Shown in pieces: positions 11,516 to 26,500 of a stretch of DNA of 64,000 nt. Below the pieces are notes generated by a model. It saw only the letters and a list, made by a program, of their open reading frames with translations. It had not been told where the DNA came from and made no database searches. Where the stretch lies: positions 42,408,001 through 42,472,000 of the forward strand of contig OX597828.1 in assembly GCA_951406725.2 (NCBI GenBank), in the 5' to 3' direction. This DNA comes from Octopus vulgaris. Lineage: Eukaryota. The first letter of the stretch is position 1; each line of letters starts with the position of its first letter. Position numbers and translations under genes: made by a program.

Positions 11516-12219
11516 TAATGGTGTAATAATTAGTTTTGCTTTATTAGCTCAATGGGTGTGTTTCAGTTTTATCGAAGAGTTCTCCTTCTCTGGTGAAAGG
11601 GGGAAATTACCTGCAACGGATTGTCGTCCTATCTAGATGGATGAGAAAACTCATCTACTTAAGAGAGTAAGCAAACTAGTAGAAATCGGGACCCAACTTT
11701 GACTTTATTGGGCGGACTCCGACTCCGTGATTTCGGTTATTCAATGGTTTAAATTAAAACTAGGATACTTACCCAGGAGTATCGTCTTGAGATTTCTCGC
11801 TTCTTATTCACAGATCGGATCAGATCTGAATGAAAACCATTATTCTATAGTTCAAAATAAAACTTTTATTTCGTTGGAACCTTGTGACTTATTGAAGGGG
11901 TTAAATAACATTTATTTTTAATTAAAAAGTAACTTTGGTTAAAGTATAATAAAGCTAATGGAAATATTTAAACCAATCTCCTTTCCCCCTAACAGCAATG
12001 GCGGCCGTGGCGATGGTGGATTTTTCTCTTTTTTCCCATTCTGATCGAAGTTTTTAAGAAGCTGGGGCAAGGGATATTGGGGGCCACGGAACCATTTAAG
12101 GGCTGGGGTTAGAGGCAATGAGGGATTAAAAGTACTTTCTCTCTTTGGTTCATTAAAAGATTAAGTAGTTTTCTCTTCTATTTATATTTTTATTACCATC
12201 GTTTTAGAAATATAGTAAA

Positions 12220-12385
12220 AAAAATGTTTTGCGTCATTTCGTCCGTCTTTACTACGTTCCGAGTTCAAATTCCGCCGAGGTTGACTTTGGCTTTCACCCT
12301 TTCGTACTGGGGTCGTTCTAATCGACTTAGTTCTTTGCCCCAAAATTTGAGGCCTTGTGCTTCCTTTCCAGTGGAAAGGATTATT
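12220..12385 (+). mobile_element. Family A SINE fragment
   Basis: catttcgtccgtctttactacgttccgagttcaaattccgccgaggttgac...ggccttgtgc. Confidence 0.75.
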
Positions 12386-12407
12386 GTTATTATTATTATT
12401 ATTATTA

Positions 12408-12502
12408 TTGAGTGAGAGAGCAGTTCATGCCATCAAAGTGACACTGGGGTAAAATACACGAAGCCCAATATACCCATCTGATAAGGGTACACCAGGCACA
12501 TG

Positions 12503-12505
<3 letters not shown>
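12408..12505 (-). mobile_element. Short copy of the same LINE-type 3' end, embedded in (TTA)n
   Basis: gagtgagagagcagttcatgccatcaaagtgacactggggtaaaat...gataagggtacaccaggcacatgc. Confidence 0.7.
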
Positions 12506-12560
<55 letters not shown>

Positions 12561-13950
12561 TATTGTTTGCCCTTTTTTTTTATTCAAAGCAAACACATAC
12601 ACCGACACAGTCAACACTCACACGCACACTTCCCCCTAACCGTGAGTGTGAATGAATGAATGAATGAATGAGAGAGAAAGAGGGGGGTAGAGAGAGAGAG
12701 AAAGAGAGAATGAGTGAGTAACTAGGTTAAGGATGTTGGAAAGTAGAACTTGTTAGCTTTATAATAGTCATCAGTTGTGTAAAAAGAACTGCTCCACGAT
12801 GTTGTTGTTGTTGTTGTGTAACACACCGTACCTCCTGCCTTTTTTTACACTGTCAGTTATATGCTTCAGTAGGCAGCTTCTCTTAATAACTAGAACAACA
12901 ACAACCACAGCTATTGCTTTCTACATATAACACTTTTATTGTGAAGACAGACGTTGTGTGTGTGTATGTATGTATATATGTGTGTGTGTGTGTGTATATA
13001 AATATGTATGTATGTATATGTGTGTGTGTATATAAATATGTATGTATGTATGTATATGTGTGTGTATATAAATATATGTGTGTATGTATGTATGTATATG
13101 TGTGTGTGTATATAAATATGTGTGTGGGTATATAAATATGTGTGTGGGTATATAAATGTATGTATGTATATGTGTGTGTGTATATATAAATATGTGTGTG
13201 TGTATATAAATGTGTGTATGTATGTATATGTGTGTGTATATAAATATGTGTATGTATGTATATGTGTGTGTGTGTGTATAAATATGTGTGTATGTATGTA
13301 TATGTGTGTGTATATAAATATGTGTATGTATGTATGCATATGTGTGTATATGTGTATGTATATGTGTATGTGTGTGTATATATATGTTGTAGAGATGTGT
13401 TTTGCTTTCCCTTTTTTTTTTCTTTTTCTTTGGTGTGGCTACATTTTGTGTGAAAAGGTCCGTGAGCGCATGTCCGATCCGATCCACCTCTTTCTTTACC
13501 TTTTTAACTCTCATCTTACATTGGAAAAATACATTCAACCCCCCCAAACCCCACCCCCAACAACCACTTCCTCAACATCTTCATTTTCCACCCTACCCCC
13601 CAACCCCACCCGTCTCCTGGTGTAAAACATAGACAAGACAGACACCCTGATGGGTGGTGGACTGGACTGAAGTGAAATGAATTGAATTGGATTGGACAAT
13701 CAGATAGACAGACAGATAGATGGATAAATTGCATAAGTGGGAGGTAGGTAGGTAGGTGGGCTGGGCAGGATGATGGGGGAAGTTAGATAAATATTTAAAA
13801 TATATGAATGAATACAGTATGTATAGAATATATAGTATATGTATTATGAATTAAATATGTAATATATATGTGTGTGTGTATGTATGTATATATATATAAA
13901 TATATATATATATATACACACACACATACATGCATATATATGTGTGTGTG

Positions 13951-13991
<41 letters not shown>

Positions 13992-14055
13992 ATCAATAAT
14001 AATAATTATTAGTATTACGGTCCTGCTCAGCAGTCGCATGATTACTAAACGAACC

Positions 14056-14112
<57 letters not shown>

Positions 14113-14247
14113 GTGTGTGTATATATATATGTGTGTGTGTATATATATATGTGTGTGTGTGTATATATGTGTATGTGTGTGTACATATATATGTATGTGT
14201 GTATATGTATGTATGTGTGTACATATATCTGTATGTGTGTATGTATG

Positions 14248-14288
<41 letters not shown>

Positions 14289-15401
14289 GTGTGTGTGTGT
14301 TAATATAAGTTTGTTTGTATCGGATTCCATTATATATACATACATGCATTAACACACACACGTCTCTACTAAATTCCATGTCTGACTGAGTGAGTGAAAT
14401 GTTGCTGTAGCTGCCTTTAAATAAATTCTTTCTCTACAAATGTATCTATGTATGTATGTATGTATGTATGTATGTATGTATGTATACACATCTATGGACG
14501 GATCGATTTGAAAATCAAAAATATTTGATTTCTAACAATAGAGGGTGGGGTTCTTTTTTATTTATTTCTTCCCCTGGTCTCGATAGGACAGCCATTATTA
14601 TGCGTGTGTGCAGCAGCAGCATCGAATCAACCTGCACCGCTCTTTCCTTCGTTTGTGTGTGTGTCTGTTGCGCAAGCTGGCATTCAAATGAGCCTTTTTA
14701 TTCATTTCTCCCCCCACCTTTTTTTTTTTTTTTTCAATGAGAGTTACTATGGCGGATGTTTTGAGATGAGAGAGGAGAGGGTAGTTTGCGGTGTGCTCTG
14801 TGATGCTGGTGAAAACGAAACGAACAGCAGCCCCTGTCGGGTATGATGGCGGGTCTTAGGATAGGAGCAAAGTAAGTCACCGTGTGGGTAGATTAGCTGG
14901 GTAGAAAGAGGAATAATATAATAATGGGTTTTTGGTTTAACTGGGTCGAGAGGAGCACCTTACCCCCTCACGCAACATCTCTTGCTTAAACAAATATAAA
15001 ATAAGAGGTAAGGAAAGGGGAGAATTAAAAATAAATATATAAATCATCACTTTTTCCTCTACTGATATGCGCGTGTACGGTTAATGGGGTGGTTGTTGTG
15101 TATATACATATTATATGCGTATACAATATACACATCAGTCCTGTCGACAGACTTAGGTTGGTATACCTAGGGGTTACAAGAGTATTCTTTGTGGCACTAA
15201 TTTGTAATAATACGAAAGTGGAGTTTCGAAATAAGTGTATCACCGGAGACCTGAGGGTACACCATAGAATAGTCACAGGGCAATGTTGTCCAGTGAATGC
15301 CCTTAGTCACGGGAATGATACACTTGTGTGTATAATATATATGTAGATATATACATGTGTGTATGTATTTATATTGCATGTATATATATATATATGTATA
15401 T

Positions 15402-15451
<50 letters not shown>

Positions 15452-15583
15452 TATATATATATATATATATGTAATATAGCACTCACACACACGTGTGTGT
15501 ATATATATATATATATATATTGTAATTGCTGCCATGCATATGCTAAATATGTTTGTGTTTAATATGGAAGATAAAATATATAA

Positions 15584-15628
<45 letters not shown>

Positions 15629-15795
15629 GTGTGTGTGTGTGTAAGGTTTATGCCCAAACTGAATTGATTTTAAAGTACCCAATTATTATTATTATTATTA
15701 TTAGTAGTAGTAGTAGTAGTTAGTAAACCGGTTTATTCAGCAGTCTATATATATATTGTAAAATTAAATAATAGTTCTTATTTTTACAAACATAT

Positions 15796-15844
<49 letters not shown>

Positions 15845-16260
15845 ACAATAGGTACTCCCATTCACAAACACTCGCGCGCAATCACGCGTGTGTTTATTTT
15901 GTGTGTGTGTGTATGTGCATGCGTGCATGTTTTGTATATTGTGTATGCCTGATGTTTAAGGAAATGTATCTAAGTAGGTAAGTACAGAAATATGTACATA
16001 CTTGAAATATAGACACGCACATACACACACACACGTGTGTGTGTGTGTGTGTGAGTGAGTGTTTATATATGAGTTTGTATATGTGTAAATACATTTGCAC
16101 ATAATAAGACAATGACCCCTTTATTTTGCCAGAAGGGTAATTTTTTAGACAACTAACATTTTTGTAGTGCTTGCAAGTGAAGTGGTGTCCTTTATCGATT
16201 TCCCCACTTTTTCTGACAAATAACAGAAAAAAAAACAAGTTGACAGGTAGTTTTTGATGT

Positions 16261-16306
<46 letters not shown>

Positions 16307-18753
16307 TATAAAATAAATATATATTATATGCGTGTTTATAATATATATATATATATATGAATGTGTGTGTATATAAATATATTTTGTATATATATGCATA
16401 TATCATATATATTATATATGCATTATAGGTAGTATATATTATATGTATATAATAAATGTATTACATGTATTATGTATATATTATATATTTTATATTATGT
16501 ATATATATTATAATATATATTTTTTATATATTATATAATATACATATTATACTCTGCGCGGTGCTCTATCTTGGCCGTGATTGTGTTCCTTAAATGGACT
16601 AAAGAATTAAGGAGCCGGTTTTAAAGAATGCTTGGCGCGGGGTATTGAGCAAGTAATGAATATTTACTGCAAACTGGTATTGAAACTACCGCATTACCTT
16701 GATCCTCGGCTGATCATTTAAAATTTTATATTTACTTCTTTGATCTTTCAAATGGTGTAACTGATTTAGTCTCTTACAGATTTAAGGTATATTAATGATC
16801 AGACGTCTTGAATATATATCGTTGGTTTCAATCCGCAGTTATTCTTCCCTTGACTGCTCCTCCTTTCTCATCCATTTGGAAAATTACTTGAATTTATTGT
16901 GACTGTGTCGTATTGCTATATTCTTGTTATCCTAGTGGTCTCTTTGGAGTTCTTGGATATCACAACTTACGCGGCTCGACCTGTTGTCTGTGAACCTTGC
17001 GACATGTCCAGCTTAGTGGAACTTGGGCTTTTAAGAACTATTTAAGAAGTTAAAACATATTAGAGTAATTACATATGGAATATATATTAAGAGTTAGGAC
17101 ACAGTTGCGGTTATGTTAATTGTTATGACGTATTAAAAATACGATATATTAGAGTAATGATGTTTTAGACTTTCGGCTATATTTGAGCTGAAAGCAGCGG
17201 CTCGGCAAATCGTCAGAAATGTCAGAGCATCGAACCTTGGGCGTCGCGATAGTTCATGCGATTCTCTAGTTCGGATCCAACCGAGTCAACACTTAGGGAC
17301 TCAATTACTGGCGAGCTAGGGACTGGGAGAATCGGTGGAGCATCGAGCAACGTGAAGTAATGCTTTGTGAACAATCTTTTGGTATTAGTAGATGACGTCA
17401 TTAACTCGCACGACGTTCTGTTCCCTAAAACGTAGATAGAGAAGATAGACTGAAGAAAAAAATAGTGGCGGTGAATGACGTTGTCTACTAATAAAGGAAG
17501 ATTAACTAACGTTTTGTGTTATTTCTAATGGATCTTTACGATCTGAGTTCAAATCTGGCTTAGGGTCAACTTTCCTTGCTATCTTTTCGGGGTTAATAAA
17601 ATTAAGCACGAGTCAAGTACCGAACCCCCAGTTTTATATGGGCAATATTATTAGTAACTATTATCGCTTTTTTTGTTTCATTGGGCCTCTACCACTTAGT
17701 TGGTTACAAGATCCCACAAGGTCGGTGTGGCATGTATAAAAACGGAATGGGCGTATAAAACAGCTGGTGGCGGGGAGAGGATTCATAATGCAAAAGGGGT
17801 TGTTAAATTGAGAGAAAATAAAGGGGCTACAGTATGTGGGGCAGTGCAAATAGTAGTACTACTATCTACTTCTGGTTACAATATACACATTGTGCATTCT
17901 TACATCTTGTAAATCCTTACGCAATGGTATATGGTTCTGGGCATGGATGGATACGTGTGTGCATATATTATTGATATAGTTATTATTGTTATATGTGTGT
18001 GTATGTGTACACACACACACACGCATATATATATATTATTAAAGAGAGAGTTCATTAGCTTGTATACAAATGTTGAGGTGATTTTCTATTGTGTATATAA
18101 GATATATATTATTGTATATACTTTGTTTAATAATAATAATAATAATTATCATTATTATTATTATATGTGTGTGTGTGTGTGTGTATTATGTATCTATATA
18201 TACTATCACATACCTCACGTGCCGATATCTGTGCGAGATATATATATATATATATAGATATATATATATATAAATACGTCTATGACTTAGCACAGGAGCT
18301 TCACTTGAGACAAAATTAAATACATAAACCGACAATTATGATATTAATAATAATAATATTAATACTAACAAGAACAACAACAGCACTAATATTAAAAGAT
18401 TAAACTTTATAAACTTCTACCTCAAAATATTTAATAATCCGTTATTTCGGGTGAAAACACCTTTTTAGGAAAGAGCATCAAGGAACGCAACTGGTTTGTG
18501 GCGTTCACCTACTCTCCCCCTTTTCTCTTCACTTTGAAAAAAGAAAAAAATTAATAGGTGGTGGGATCATTTAAAAAAATTTTTTTTTTTACGAGATATT
18601 GGATTATGAAATAAAGTGTTTTTGAGGCAAATATAAAAAACCCTCCAAAACATATATATTTTAAAAAACCTTATGCATTTTATTTAATCTTTCAAGTGCA
18701 TTGCTGCAGCATTCATTCATATTTTCTCTGTGTTTGTGTGCATGTATGTATGT

Positions 18754-18785
<32 letters not shown>

Positions 18786-18980
18786 GTATGTATATATGTG
18801 TATGTATATATATATATGTGTATGTATATATATATATATATGTATGTATATATGTATATATATATATTTATGTGTGTATGTACATATATGTGTATATATA
18901 TATGTATATATATATATATGTGTGTGTATGTACATATATGTGTATGTACATATATGTATGTATATATATATATGTATGTA

Positions 18981-19023
<43 letters not shown>

Positions 19024-19222
19024 ATGTATATAATTAATACGCTTAAATATTCATACGCATAATTTAATTGTATATACATTTATTCTTTTGTATAATTTAT
19101 TTGTATATTCATTCATATCCTACGTATGTATGTATATATTATGTCATATATATACATATTGTATAGTAGACACACGCACGTAATACCCGTATATATATTT
19201 TACCCACACACACACACACACA

Positions 19223-19260
<38 letters not shown>

Positions 19261-19261
<1 letters not shown>

Positions 19262-19482
19262 TCGATGCTTTCTTCCAGGGGATCTAATGCACTTGGCTTA
19301 GATTTCCCGTGGCGGGCTGCCCATATCGGAGCAATCTCAAGATTAATCAGCCGAAATTGCTAAGATGATCTGGTTCTTGACTGATGACTGAGGGCTTCGA
19401 ATGTCCCGTCCTGTGGTTCTTGTGTCGTCTCTGTGGCGTTTCATGTTCTTGTCCATGTCTGTAATTATTTTTACTGTTTACC
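19261..19482. repeat. Dispersed repeat embedded in (TA)n; a shorter copy lies at 7326-7462
   Basis: Shared tcagccgaaattgc(g/t)aagatgatctggttcttgactgatgactg(g/a)gggcttcgaatgtcccgtcctgtggttcttgtgtcgtctc. Confidence 0.85.
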
Positions 19483-19821
19483 TATATATGTATATATATA
19501 TATATAGTATAATGGTGTTGTTGTCTGGGTGTTAATATTACGCATGTGTGTTTGTGTTTGTATGAAATATATGTGTGTGTTTCATTCAATGCCAGTATAA
19601 ATTAAACAACTCCGGTTTTTTTTTTCTTTCTCTTTTTGTCTAACAACATCGAACTGTCATACAAATTGCACAATAACATTGTAAACACACCATCTGTCAT
19701 TTGCGTTAAACGACGACATTATTGTTTTTTTCTTCTTGAGCCGTTGTTTCGTATGTGCCTGCTGAATTCGTGTCTGTTGCCTTCCTTATATATATACCGA
19801 AACCCCTGCGATACATCATCA

Positions 19822-19889
<68 letters not shown>

Positions 19890-20136
19890 CGAAGAGACGT
19901 ATTATAAAAAGGAACTTACTCGGGATTTTACTGTTAATTATTTGTCGTTTATTTTTTATTTTTTATTTACTGATACCATTTTCTTTTCTCTTTTGGTTTA
20001 ATTGATCCCCCCCCCCCTAGTCACACACGGAGAAGAGTATTATATATAAGTAAATGAAAATAAAAGACGATTAGAATTAGTTGTGAGATCCAAGAGATGC
20101 TGATAGAGGAAAATAGAAAAGACAGAAGCCAGAGGA

Positions 20137-20167
<31 letters not shown>

Positions 20168-20530
20168 AACTGATATACACATATGTGTGTATAATATGTA
20201 TGTATGTATATATATATACATTAAATATAATTCATATATATATATATATATATTTACATTATATATAATTCATATATATATATATATATCACGTATGTAT
20301 TGATATATACAAAATCCGTGTGTGTACATGTATGTACGTATATACGTATACGTGTGTATATGTACACACACATACACAATGTGTGTGTATACTATAGATA
20401 TGCATGTATTCTCTGAATCATTGATGATCAACGGCAAACCCAACATTGAAACGTATGCTATGTTCTACATCATCATATATACGTACATAATATATATACA
20501 CATATTATTACAATATAATATATATTTATG

Positions 20531-20592
<62 letters not shown>

Positions 20593-20627
20593 GATGTATA
20601 TATATATATTATAACACTATATTATAT

Positions 20628-20798
20628 CATCATCATCATCGTCGTTTAACGTCCGTTCTCCATGCTAGCATGGGTTGGACGGTTCGACCGGGGTTCTGGG
20701 AAGCCAGAAGGCTGCACCAGGCTCCAGTCTAATCTGGCAATGTTTCTACAGCTGGATGCCCTTCCTAACGCCAACCACTCCGTGAGTGTAGTGGGTGC
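20628..20798 (-). mobile_element. Retroposon 3' fragment with (GAT)n tail (RTE-type tail); a second copy lies at 44525-44688
   Basis: Minus strand reads ggttggcgttaggaagggcatccagctgtagaaac...aacccatgctagcatggagaacggacgttaaacgacgatgatgatg. Confidence 0.72.
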
Positions 20799-20964
20799 TA
20801 TATATATATATATATATATACACATGTATATAGAAGCTGAACAGTCGTAGTGCTTACTATATATATATATATATATATATTCCTAGATGTACTCTTGGTT
20901 AGTTACGTCAGTTGCATAGCTATAATGGCGACAAGTCCAAGTGGACTGGACCTGGTGTTATACA

Positions 20965-20998
<34 letters not shown>

Positions 20999-21587
20999 CA
21001 TTGATGTATGTAGTTGTAAAGTGACAACAGAGAAATGCTGTAGATAGTATTTACATACTCAACTAGATTTTCTTTATAGAAATAGATATACATACTCTAC
21101 GGTCTACTGTGTGGCGTTCCTTATATATACAAATATGTGTAATATATACAATACATACATACATATATATCTATATACAAACATATATATCTATATATAT
21201 ATACACACACCTACATAGATACATACGTCCATGTATATATATATGTGTGTGTGTGTGCATGTATATATGTATGTATATATAGAAACGTATATATATATAT
21301 ATGTGTGTGTGTATGATATATATATTATGTGTTTATATTATATATATATGTATACATATATGTGTGTGTATTATGTTTATATATGTGTGTATATATTATA
21401 TGTATATATACATATGTATGCATGTGTATATATGTATATGATATATGTGTATATATATGTAATATATCTATATGTATACATGTATGCAAATACAAATACG
21501 TGTGTGTGTGTGTGTGAGTGCAATACGTATGCATGTATATATATGCATGTGTCTATGCACATTCACGTGCATATACGAGCTCACACG

Positions 21588-21658
<71 letters not shown>

Positions 21659-21855
21659 TATCGAGTGATATGAAATTTAAAAAAAAATATTTACGTAGAA
21701 TTTTATTAGAATAAACTCTGAATAAAATTTAATTAAGAATGTTGTTTTTCCATGTGCCATGCAGGGAAAAATATACAAATATGTATGTCTGTTTTTTTAT
21801 TTTCTTTTGCATGTAACTAGCATATTATAAATGTCTTAGCGCACGTGTATGTATG

Positions 21856-21898
<43 letters not shown>

Positions 21899-22649
21899 AT
21901 GTGTATCTATATATATATATATAATGTGTATCTATCTATCTCTATATATATATATAATGTGTATCTATCTATCTCTATATATATATGTATGTGTGTGTGC
22001 ATCATATATATAATATATATGTGTATGTGTGTGTGTGCATCTATATACATACATGCATATATATACATATATATACATGCATATATATACATATATATTC
22101 ATAATACATATTAGGAGAGAAAGAGAGAGAAGATAACGCAATATATGGTTGAGAGTAAATAGCTCTGTAGGGAATATTTCATCATACTAAATACACATAC
22201 CTTTAAGTTTCGGTTAACTGAGCCTTATCCTTGCAATTAGTCGATAAAATATCCCTCTAGGAATATTATATAAATTCTATAAATAAAAAGCATGGGCGGT
22301 GACGACAATAAGAACAACCTTAGTTTTAAAACCTTAGGGGAAATTACAGTCCATGTAGATAGGTGTAGATCTTGCGTAAAATTCCATCTGAAGAACAAAA
22401 AAAAGAAAGAACGGAGATGTTTCGGCCTCTGTAACTCTCTTCGGCGAGAGTAATTCGGTCTAGAGGGTCCCAGGTGTTATAGTAATCATCGATATATAAG
22501 CAATATTTAAAGTAGTGAAAGGTGGTTATGTATATTTACAATATAGAGAAGGAGAACGCTTTGGCGGGAGGTGGGCGTTCTGTGTACGACATGCAAATGT
22601 GTGATTGAGATATGTGGAGAAAAATTTAATAATAATAATAATAATAATT

Positions 22650-23000
22650 ATCCTTTCTACTAAAGAGATGCAATGCTTAAAAATTTGTGGGGAGGGGGCA
22701 AGCCGATTATATAACCCCCAGTATTTCACTGGTACTTAATTTATCGACTTTGAGAAAATGAAAGGCAAAGTCGACCTCGGCAGAATTTGAACTCTGAACT
22801 TAAAGATGGAAGAAATACCACTAAAATGATGGTTCAGCCATGACGGGGAGGTGGGGATACGTCGATAACATCGAGCCCCCCCCCCCCTCAGTGTGCTAAG
22901 TCAACCTCGACGGAATTTGTACTCCGGAACTATTAAAGGAAGAAATTCTGCAAAAAAAACTATTTTGTCCGGCGCGCTAACGCTTCTGTCAAACTCATCA
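22650..23000 (-). mobile_element. Family A SINE fragments (two)
   Basis: actggtacttaatttatcgac...aaaggcaaagtcgacctcggcagaatttgaactc, then a second aacctcgacggaatttgtactcc...ccggcgcgctaacg. Confidence 0.72.
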
Positions 23001-23609
23001 AGAATATAAGTCGATACAAACTTCAATTTACAGATTATCTACGCTATTAGTAGACAAAAGCTCCACCTCGGGGCGTTTGAATATTAAAAATGGAAAGGAA
23101 AAAGAAGTAAAAAAAAAAAAAAACCTAACGGAACATAAATTCATAAACTGCGATCGTTTGATTTTAGTGAATTTATCTCCCCTGTTCGTTGTTTTTAGAT
23201 TAATAAACTCCGCTAGAGGGAGGTTCTACCTAATCAATTTCATAGATAAATAAGCATGTACTTCACCGCTAAATCGAAGTTTAACTCCTGCTGTATGTGT
23301 ATATGTGTATATAGATCAGTAATAATCAAGATTGCGTGTCTGTGTTTGTGAAAATAGTTGTTGCGTGTTTCCTTTTTTTTTCTTACAAGGGTCGTCTCAC
23401 CGCAGTACTAGGTTCCGCCACTTGTTGCGTTGTTCCTTGCCTTCCCCATCGCGAGGTTCATCTTCTTGAGAACAGCTTGCACCAGTTCCTTGCTGTGTGT
23501 GTGTGTGTCTTAGTCGTCCCCGTAATATACTGGAGGTTGCGTTTTCGTTACTCTGTGTGTGCGTGTGTGTATTTGCACACACACACACACACATATCTAT
23601 ATATATATG

Positions 23610-23645
<36 letters not shown>

Positions 23646-23731
23646 CACACACATACAGATATGTATATAAACATATAAACATACATTCATGATATATAAA
23701 TAACTCTCTAAATATATTATGTGTGTGTATA

Positions 23732-23780
<49 letters not shown>

Positions 23781-23907
23781 ATAGGTATACACAAACACAC
23801 ACACATATATACATATCAGTGTATAATGTGTGTATCATATATGTATGTGTGTGTGTATATACATACACATATGTACATATGTGCGTGTGTGTATACATTT
23901 GCATATG

Positions 23908-23939
<32 letters not shown>

Positions 23940-24649
23940 AGTGTGACATAAATATATTATGTATAATACAGGCACACAATTATGCGTATGAAACTAAATT
24001 AGCTTAAAACTATTTTTTTCAAGAATAATATGATGTCATGAAAATATTTTTTGCGTACTTTAATTATTATATCTGTCCACACACACACACACACATACGC
24101 ATACGTGTGCATACACACACTACTCCCCCCCCCCCCGTGCACACCGTAGATACGTATCTATATGTATGTGTATACATACACATTTGTGTGTGTGTGCGCA
24201 CAGGCGCTGATAGGTATTTTATTAATTAAAAGGAAATCCTCTATAAGATGCTTTCTACAATAAATAGCGTATATATATACTTGCATCTTGGTCGAATTTC
24301 ATGTGTGTGTGTCTACGTATGCTAGCATGTGCATGTGTATGTAAGGTAGGGGGGTGTGTGCGTTGATATGGAATAGAAGACTCTTCCACTATTGCAGTGA
24401 TTATTATATATGGAAACGATTTCAAAATTTCCAAGAAATGGTAAACTAGCAGTCCCTCCATTGAGGGGAAGAAATTGAGTTTAAGAAACGAGGGAAACTA
24501 ATAATTTCAAGAATTGAAAATAGTAAATTTTATTAATGGGAAAGTTAAACAGTTGTGTGTGTGTGTGTGTGCGCGCGCGAGTATGCATTTTTGCATATAT
24601 ATATATTTTTGCGTGTGTGCGCGTGTACACATATTAATTTATATATCTA

Positions 24650-24680
<31 letters not shown>

Positions 24681-25268
24681 ACATGTATTATATATAAATA
24701 TATATTATAATATGTACGTGTGTGTGTGTGTACACAATGCACATGTCTATAAACGCTTATAATTTGTACCATATATATTATATATGTGCATACATACATA
24801 CATACACACATATTTGTCTGTGCGCAGACATAATAAGGCATGTGTGTATACATTATGTAGCTTATTCTATATATGTATATATATGCGGCTTCATATTGAA
24901 TTATTTCAAATATTCATCTGAGACGCTAATTTTCTTTGTATTTGTACTATTTCCTTCACTTTCATTTTATACGATGTAAAAATAATAGGGATGTGAGTGT
25001 GTGGTTATATATATATATATATATATATATAAGCGGGTGTGTATACATACATGTATGTATTCATAAATGCATATATGCTTATGTAATGTATACTGTGTTT
25101 GCAAAGACAAAAACAAAACACCCACATATATGTACAAGTATATATGTGTAGGAGTGTAGATATGTGTATATATATATATATATATATATGGGGGTGTATA
25201 AATTAGTGTTTATATATGTATAAATATATATGCATATAAATATATTTATAAATGTATATGTATATGTA

Positions 25269-25319
<51 letters not shown>

Positions 25320-25394
25320 ATTTATATGTGTTTGTATGTATGTATGTATGAATATGTTTTCTGAATATATACATCTAATGTAGATATATGTATA

Positions 25395-25434
<40 letters not shown>

Positions 25435-25627
25435 TAGATAGATAGGTACACACACACACACACACACATATATATAGGTATGTATATATAATCCTAGAAG
25501 CTGATTGTTGCAGAGAAGCGCATTTTATTAAATTAATTGTAAAAACAATGTAAAATAAATACATTCACGCCTGATCTATTTAGTGTATACACGTTGCTGA
25601 ATGAATGTGTGCTTCAAGTGTTGGGTG

Positions 25628-25684
<57 letters not shown>

Positions 25685-25953
25685 ACACTAGCCCATCACT
25701 TGCATACATACGTACATAAAATACACATGGGGTGGGTGGGGCTCATGCGCGCACACACGCACCTTATTTCGTCGCTCATCACATCTTTACTTACAGTTCG
25801 CTCAAGATTGAAACTCAAATTTTTGATTTATAAATGTATTTATGCAGCTGCGTGTCCACATTATGTGTAAACAAGGAATATTGCTGCCAGTGACTTCGAA
25901 GTTCCGGCCTGTTAAGCCCCCTTCATTTTATTATAAATAAACGTAAACACAAA

Positions 25954-26048
<95 letters not shown>

Positions 26049-26132
26049 CACACGTTTATTGGCTAAACTGGCAAAATGACCATACCGAAATATAACAATA
26101 TATATATTTGTGTGTGAGAGTGTATGTAAATA

Positions 26133-26199
<67 letters not shown>

Positions 26200-26203
<4 letters not shown>

Positions 26204-26500
26204 TTGTTTGGTAAAGAAGCTTGCTTCCCAACCACATGGTTCCGGGTTCAGTCCCACTTCTATCTATTGTATTAGCCTCAGGCCGAGCAAAAAACCTTTT
26301 GAGTGTATTTCGTAGATGGGAACTGAAAGAGGCCCGTTGTGTGTGTGTGTGTGTGTGCCTTTGTATCTGTCTCTCCATCACGGCTTGACAACCGGTGTTG
26401 GTGTGTTTACCTCCCCGTAATCAAGGTGTTCGGCAAAATTGACGACAGAGATATAAAGTCGTGTGGTCGATTTGTTTGACTAAATCACTTCAAGTCGGTG
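26200..26500 (+). mobile_element. SINE family B, diverged
   Basis: tggtaaagaagcttgcttcccaaccacatggttccgggttcagtccca...gcttgacaaccggtgttggtgtgtttac. Confidence 0.78.

Noticed and set aside
22412-22462. Hammerhead-like CCGAAGA...GAAAC on the minus strand
   Set aside because: The core is CCGA rather than CTGA and I cannot pair stem II convincingly. At most it is a decayed relic.
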